Below, piece after piece: positions 58,766 to 64,000 of a stretch of 64,000 nt of DNA. Origin of the DNA: a virus. The position numbers and the translations under genes are program-made. Under the pieces are notes generated by a model that did no database searches, was not told where the DNA came from, and saw nothing but the letters and a program-made list of their open reading frames with translations. The stretch is from IMG/VR virus record IMGVR_UViG_3300042518_001429, positions 27,892 to 91,891 of that record; one strand, given 5' to 3'. Numbering within the stretch: position 1 is the stretch's first letter; each line of letters opens with the position of its first letter.

Positions 58766-59584
58766 TTAATAATTAAATAGAGCAGCATTATATTGTAGTT
58801 CTTTTTGAAAAGATATGGTTTGATTTTCAGTTTTTATCTGTATAGTTAATAAATAAAGCTCATACAGGGCTTGTTTATATTTTTCTATATAAGAAATTAT
58901 TTTACCTGTTAGTGTGGTTGGTAGCTCTTTTATAATACTAACCTTGTTTTCTAAAGGCATATTAGTTAAATCAGTTGTAGTTCCATTAGTAGTAATATCT
59001 TTAATACATTTTACTACTTCATAGAGAAAAATTTCTCCAATAACGTTTTGTATTTTTTGATCTAAAAGATTATCTAAATTATCTACGAAATATTTTATAT
59101 AAATGTTTTCGTCTTTTAGTGTTGGAGGTCTACAAGATACCGAAATGCTCCCATCTGTTATACTTTCTTCAGGTATGATATAAAATTGCTTATCATTTAA
59201 AATGTCTCTTAAATTTATTTCATACTTATCATCAGGTAATTGGTGCATTTCTACCTCTTCATCAGTAAAGTATATAGTTAAATTATCTGATAAACAGTTA
59301 GCTCGGATTTGCAATGCAATATATTGAGCGTCATATAGGGTTAAATTATCTATATTAATTTCAGTAGAAAGTAAATTTTCTTTTAATATATCATAAAATG
59401 CTAAATTAAATTTATTTGTTACTGTTGCAGTGTCTGCGATTGTTTCTAACAATCGTTTTAGTTGCTCAGTATTAAGTTGTTTAAACAATATGTCTTGGCT
59501 CAACGAAGGAACATAAACCTTAAAACTCGCTGTAACACTTAATTCTTTAAGTGTGTTCAAAATGCCATTAATATTTTGGGACAT
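58766..59584 (-). CDS. Baseplate hub assembly protein, gp26-like
   Basis: VPS....I.FK.L...Q.K.LL, L..YD.QYI.LQIR, PTL.D. Confidence 0.7.
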   Translation of the reverse strand: MSQNINGILNTLKELSVTASFKVYVPSLSQDILFKQLNTEQLKRLLETIADTATVTNKFNLAFYDILKENLLSTEINIDNLTLYDAQYIALQIRANCLSDNLTIYFTDEEVEMHQLPDDKYEINLRDILNDKQFYIIPEESITDGSISVSCRPPTLKDENIYIKYFVDNLDNLLDQKIQNVIGEIFLYEVVKCIKDITTNGTTTDLTNMPLENKVSIIKELPTTLTGKIISYIEKYKQALYELYLLTIQIKTENQTISFQKELQYNAALFNY

Positions 59585-59614
59585 ATATTAATTTATACAA
59601 TCGGTTCTAAAAAG

Positions 59615-60508
59615 CTACACAAATTCCGGGTTTTTAGTGTTTATGGGTGGTAAGATATTAGCACTCTTTTGTTGAGAGTTTTGTTCTTTTAATATTTGCT
59701 CTAATAGCTTAACAAAAATAGTATATTCTCCAGGTGTACACTCTTCAATATAAGAAGGTGAGAGATTTGCAAACTTAGCAAGAGCAAAAATATTTTCGTA
59801 AAGCGGGTACAAGTTTTTACTAAATAAAATCTGTAAAATAAATACAAACGTATCTTTGCTAAAATGTAATGAGAGATTTTTATTTATTAGATAATCTAAT
59901 AAATTAATCTGGTTTAAATGTTGTACGATATCTGTGATGTGTTTAAAAATTTTAGCACTTATATTAGCAGGCAATGCCTCAAATAATTCTATAAAAACAT
60001 TATCATCTAGTTTAAAAATTTCAATAAATTCGTGATTAGAAATATGTATTTCTTTAATATATCTTTTAAGTATGAGTAATTTATCTTCTTCAGCAGATAA
60101 AAAATAATCTTTTACTGAAGGGTAGCGATAGACTATTTTAAAATTATCAATATTTTGAACGAGTTCGTTATTTTGTAATTTTTTTATTACCTCTACCGCT
60201 TTTTCAAGATTAAAATCGAATTTAAAATTTTTTTGTTCAGTAATTTCAAGCTGTATAGTGCCTCCAATACTAACCGATCTTAATTCAATAACTATTATTA
60301 AAAAATCTAGTACAGAGAGATTATATATCTCATCTACTGAAAGGGTGGTTGTATCTGTTAGTATATTTACTAAATTTATTAAAACATCTTCAACAGAAGG
60401 AGTATCCCCTAAAAGTGTTTTTAAAATAGTCTTAAAATGTTTAACTTTAAGCTCTTTAATAAAGACACTACCTTGTAATAGATCTATTTTTGTAGTAAAT
60501 CCTGACAT
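59615..60508 (-). CDS. gp26-like protein with gp51-like C-terminus
   Basis: L...DF..I.I.LRS.SIG, YRYPS; C-terminal LYENIF.L......S..YIE..TP.E..IFV. Confidence 0.65.
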   Translation of the reverse strand: MSGFTTKIDLLQGSVFIKELKVKHFKTILKTLLGDTPSVEDVLINLVNILTDTTTLSVDEIYNLSVLDFLIIVIELRSVSIGGTIQLEITEQKNFKFDFNLEKAVEVIKKLQNNELVQNIDNFKIVYRYPSVKDYFLSAEEDKLLILKRYIKEIHISNHEFIEIFKLDDNVFIELFEALPANISAKIFKHITDIVQHLNQINLLDYLINKNLSLHFSKDTFVFILQILFSKNLYPLYENIFALAKFANLSPSYIEECTPGEYTIFVKLLEQILKEQNSQQKSANILPPINTKNPEFV

Positions 60509-60545
60509 GTGAACTTACTTAAGTTGTTTTGTAGTATTATTATAC

Positions 60546-61274
60546 TTACGATATGTTTATATTGTGGGAGACGGTATAGTAATTATATAAAAAGGTAGTT
60601 TCTCGGATTACCGGTCCTGTAGCTGTAGAATAGTTATACTCTTCCCCTGTTATTGAAATAGGGCATGCATCATGAAAAATATATTTTTGCAACACAACAG
60701 GCCCGACTCCTTCTGTTTTAACTGTACCATCGCGGTTGAGAGTAGGGCCAGCTACTGAACCAAGCTTACAAACTACAATATTACATCTATACTGTTGTTC
60801 AGGAGGTCTAGCTATAAGACCTAAATGACCGGTGGTAATAACCCACGGTCTAATTACTGTATCTACAAAACTATAATTAGTTTCTAAAAAAGCTATCCTT
60901 ACTCCACCTGAATAGTCTCCCCTACCATTGCCTGTGGTTGTACGCAAAAATCCATTTGTCTGTATGCCCTCCGGGTTAGCAACAACACTTTCGCTAGGTA
61001 TTTCGACAGCTTGTGCGAATAAACATCCTTTAGTTGTTTGTACTATTTCGTTTTTTCCTATTTTATTAGCTAGAGCATCAATATCCCACCCTCTGGGTTC
61101 TCTCTCTTTAATAGTTTTTAAGACAACATCAACAATTGCCGGGAGCTGTTCAAAGTATAGGACCCACTGAGCACCTTTAGGTATAGCAGTTTCAAATTTA
61201 GATAAAAAACTACCTAAAAAATGAGGTATTTGACTATTATATTCCCCTGCTATTTCTCTATCTAATTCAGCCAT
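60546..61274 (-). CDS. Tail-tube-like/baseplate tube initiator (gp54-like)
   Basis: AQAVEIP, F.ET......IRPW, Y.F.DA.P.SI....Y......TF.Y.YY tube fold. Confidence 0.7.
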   Translation of the reverse strand: MAELDREIAGEYNSQIPHFLGSFLSKFETAIPKGAQWVLYFEQLPAIVDVVLKTIKEREPRGWDIDALANKIGKNEIVQTTKGCLFAQAVEIPSESVVANPEGIQTNGFLRTTTGNGRGDYSGGVRIAFLETNYSFVDTVIRPWVITTGHLGLIARPPEQQYRCNIVVCKLGSVAGPTLNRDGTVKTEGVGPVVLQKYIFHDACPISITGEEYNYSTATGPVIRETTFLYNYYTVSHNINIS

Positions 61275-61307
61275 AATTTAGCATTATTATTTAAGATGCT
61301 AAATTAT

Positions 61308-61898
61308 TTATTTTCTATTTGTATCTGTATTTGATGTAGATATTGGTAACTCAGGGTTAACTGTTTCATTACCGATCTTTGTAACTCTCCAGTATTGATA
61401 GGCGATTGTTGCAGGTACTGTAACAATTGTGCCGTTGTCTGTTAAATTGTATGTTGAGTCGCCTACTGATACAACATAAGCACCGATTAAATTATATTGG
61501 CGTATTGTAGTTTCAGGGTTTTTACCGAGAAGTTGAATAGTAACAACTGAGCCTCTACGAGCTATATTATAATCTCCTGTAGAAATTGAGTCATCAAAGG
61601 TATTGAATGTAGCATTTTCAAGTACTGCACGAATATCGTAATTTTGATCACATCTAAAAGAAACATTCCAAGCATCTGATCCTGGGTAAGTAGCTGTACC
61701 CGGAACATTGAACTGTAATCCCATGAACGGTACAGGTATATTAGCTATAGCACGGCCTGGAAGATTAGCAGTTTCTAGATATACGAGCTGATCGTCTCCA
61801 AAGTTAGTATTTGCAAACGAAATAACTCTAAATTGAAACTGACGTGCGAAGTCTTTTTGCTGCGCTACTGTATAGAAGTCGGATATATTTTGTGACAT
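61308..61898 (-). CDS. gp19: Tail tube protein, gp19-like
   Basis: AR..QF.V, A.LPG......VPFMG....PG...Y...W...F, Y.L.G, T.AYQYW. Confidence 0.9.
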   Translation of the reverse strand: MSQNISDFYTVAQQKDFARQFQFRVISFANTNFGDDQLVYLETANLPGRAIANIPVPFMGLQFNVPGTATYPGSDAWNVSFRCDQNYDIRAVLENATFNTFDDSISTGDYNIARRGSVVTIQLLGKNPETTIRQYNLIGAYVVSVGDSTYNLTDNGTIVTVPATIAYQYWRVTKIGNETVNPELPISTSNTDTNRK

Positions 61899-61915
61899 AA
61901 TCTTTTATATATTTA

Positions 61916-64000
61916 TTAGATAAGTTCTAAGAAGTTTTGACTTGTACGTGTAGCGATGAAATTTACCAAGATAAATTCAGCTGCACGGGTCGGTTTAACG
62001 TAAATATCTACTGCAAGTTCGTTACGGTCGATAAGATCGGGTGGATTGTTGCGTTCATCACATACAATCAAGTAATCATATAGACCTTGTGTATTTCTTG
62101 CTAGTTCAAATATAGGGGAGATAGTATTGCGTAAACGTGTTCTTGTTGTATCGGTGTTTGGTTCAAATACAAAGTATTTTAATGTCTTTTGAACAGAGCG
62201 TTCTAGAGTTAAGAACAATCTACGAACATTTACACGATCAAAAGCTGATGGTTTGTTTTGTAGAGTCTTTTGACCAAAAACTACAAACCCGTCACCTGAG
62301 AATAATGCAATAGGGTTAATCGAAATCGTATATAAGAAGTCTCTCTGTTTTTGATTTGGATTGAACGCTAGATCAATAATGTTATTAATTGTTCCACGAC
62401 TAAACCCTGCTGGGGCAAACCATGGTTGGGTAGCTGCATCAGTACGAGCATAGACGGCTGCTACATAACCTGAAGAAGGAGCCCAGAAAGGTTTATCAGC
62501 AAAAGCATCATATACCTTAACCCAGTTGCCGTAAGCTGCAGTGTAATTTGTATTAATTGATTCGTATTGAGTTCTCAATGGCTGATATACATTTTGTGAG
62601 AACGTGTTTGAACGAATTGATAATACTTTTGTATCTTCTCCTTTAACAAAGTTAGGTCTTAAAGGATCAGAGATAAATACGCAGTCTTTACGAGTATTTT
62701 GTACAAAGTTATTATAACTATTAAACAAGCTTCTCCATCTTGCAACAATATCGGATGATGCATCAGTTAAGGCGGATGCTGCTACTGTTGTAGTTTCTTT
62801 AAAAGAGCCACCAGAGGCCATTGCGTGAATTGTTGAAAGACCAGCATCGGCGATAACATCAACAAGTACTGTTTCAGGTGTCTCAATGTGGGTAAGAGCT
62901 CTTTCGAGTTTTAAGTCCGTTTCTCCGATTAGTTTATCGGTGCTTTGTGTATAAGTTGGAACATAAGTTCCTGCAGGATAAACTGCCTTACTACTGGAAC
63001 TTACTGTAACACTTTTATCAGGGCTATTTGAAGATAAACTTGTCCAGTTTGTTTGTTGAGAAATAGCAGGGTTAATTAAAACCTTAATATTAGATGATCC
63101 GTTATTAACTAAGTCTTCAAGATAGAAGGATTTAGGTGTGCCACCAACATTTGCAACTGTCTTCTTTTGAGAATCAAGAGAACCAATAAATGCTTCTACT
63201 AAATTGTATGTAAGTGTTTGAGGTTCGTAAATTGAATTACGTACTTTAAATACACTTAAAACAACTGAATCTCTATAATAATCATTATTAAAATTATATG
63301 TAGGTATGAATTCAATTGCCTCTGAGACAGATCCAGAACCTACTTGTTCTTTTGTTGCAGAAAGTTGAAAGCCTAGACGGTTTGTTGTTACAGGGTAGAG
63401 TATTTCAGAACCTGAAAGACTATAAAGTGTATTAACTGCATCGAAGTTAGTATTTGCCCCGAAGCCGGTATTATCAGCAATTGCTATATAATATCCTTCG
63501 AATTTTTCGTTAATTGTTGTTTGAGCAGAGTTTAATACAATGATACCTGCTGTTGCTGTTGTACCGTTAAAGCTTGCTGCACCTACAGAGTAATTAACAA
63601 CTGTTCCAGAAAGTGCACCTGTACCTGATAGAGGCTGTGTTGCACTTACACCAGCCCAGGTAAAATTGTTTTGAAGCAGATCATCGTATTGAGTTTGTGT
63701 TAAGGTTTTAGTAATTGGGGATCCAACTACAAATCCAGATCCGCCAGCAGAAGAAGCTACAGGAAAGAATAAAGCACTGTACTGGGAACTAAACCCGTCA
63801 CCGGAACCAGAACCGTACGGAAGTCTAGTTACTAAAAGATTACTTGATGAATTTAAAATTTCTTTGCTTGAATAATAGAAGTATCTTTCTGCAGGTGTCT
63901 GCGGTATACCGTAAATTTGTTCAAATTCTGAAATTGTTGAAACTTGTAAAACTTCGTCGGTCGGGCCTTGTGCAGCATAACCTGCTACAAAAACATTAGT
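61916..64000 (-). CDS. gp18: Tail sheath protein, gp18-like; 5' end lies beyond the window
   Basis: The frame stays open upstream of the track's ATG (62821) to 64000 (TNVFVAGYAAQGP..E....S...FEQIYG.P). C-terminal WFAPAG..RG, FGQKT, FDRVNVRRLF, FEPN, CDE.NN, IY.KP....EFI. Confidence 0.96.
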   Translation of the reverse strand, partial: TNVFVAGYAAQGPTDEVLQVSTISEFEQIYGIPQTPAERYFYYSSKEILNSSSNLLVTRLPYGSGSGDGFSSQYSALFFPVASSAGGSGFVVGSPITKTLTQTQYDDLLQNNFTWAGVSATQPLSGTGALSGTVVNYSVGAASFNGTTATAGIIVLNSAQTTINEKFEGYYIAIADNTGFGANTNFDAVNTLYSLSGSEILYPVTTNRLGFQLSATKEQVGSGSVSEAIEFIPTYNFNNDYYRDSVVLSVFKVRNSIYEPQTLTYNLVEAFIGSLDSQKKTVANVGGTPKSFYLEDLVNNGSSNIKVLINPAISQQTNWTSLSSNSPDKSVTVSSSSKAVYPAGTYVPTYTQSTDKLIGETDLKLERALTHIETPETVLVDVIADAGLSTIHAMASGGSFKETTTVAASALTDASSDIVARWRSLFNSYNNFVQNTRKDCVFISDPLRPNFVKGEDTKVLSIRSNTFSQNVYQPLRTQYESINTNYTAAYGNWVKVYDAFADKPFWAPSSGYVAAVYARTDAATQPWFAPAGFSRGTINNIIDLAFNPNQKQRDFLYTISINPIALFSGDGFVVFGQKTLQNKPSAFDRVNVRRLFLTLERSVQKTLKYFVFEPNTDTTRTRLRNTISPIFELARNTQGLYDYLIVCDERNNPPDLIDRNELAVDIYVKPTRAAEFILVNFIATRTSQNFLELI

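Noticed and set aside
61916-62821. Apparently truncated 301-aa tail sheath
   Set aside because: This is an ORF-caller artefact; the frame stays open to the window edge and contains gp18 N-terminal motifs.
1-64000. Alternative genetic code, introns/inteins, tRNAs
   Set aside because: Conserved genes are full length in code 11, with TAA, TGA and TAG all used as stops. nrdJ, gp23 and gp44 are uninterrupted, and the intergenic gaps are too short or lack a cloverleaf.

Overview
This window is an AT-rich, gene-dense 64-kb segment of a large T4-like myovirus genome, read in the standard genetic code with most genes on the minus strand. It holds most of the virion morphogenesis region. Head genes: gp23 major capsid, gp22 scaffold, gp21 protease and gp4. 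Neck genes: gp13 and gp14. Tail and baseplate genes: gp18 (truncated by the window edge), gp19, and gp54-, gp26-, gp51-, gp29-, gp48-, gp53-, gp27-, gp25-, gp6- and gp5-like genes. A gp16-like small terminase is also present, together with a ~26-kb block of large fibre, PKD, LamG and propeller proteins. Short plus-strand islands are interspersed: a DenV-like glycosylase, a class II (B12) ribonucleotide reductase, dUTPase, a clamp loader and a membrane protein. I saw no tRNA, rRNA, CRISPR array, intron, intein or mobile element. The most interesting observations are: (1) cassette-built receptor-binding proteins with identical 18-22 nt boxes at module borders and one GC-rich foreign module that fits those borders; (2) a gp5 whose OB fold is split by an insertion with two different peptidoglycan hydrolase domains; (3) an apparently leaderless or short-leader expression scheme, with a TAAATA/TAAGTA box before most late genes, sigma70 -10 boxes exactly 6 nt before ATG, and a clear SD only at the major capsid gene; (4) a Trp/Cys repeat and a Cys-containing fibre anchor motif shared by several virion proteins; (5) a shared N-terminal motif on putative head-packaged proteins, one of which looks like a catalytically dead nucleotidyltransferase. 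All family assignments come from motif recognition by eye, not from database searches.
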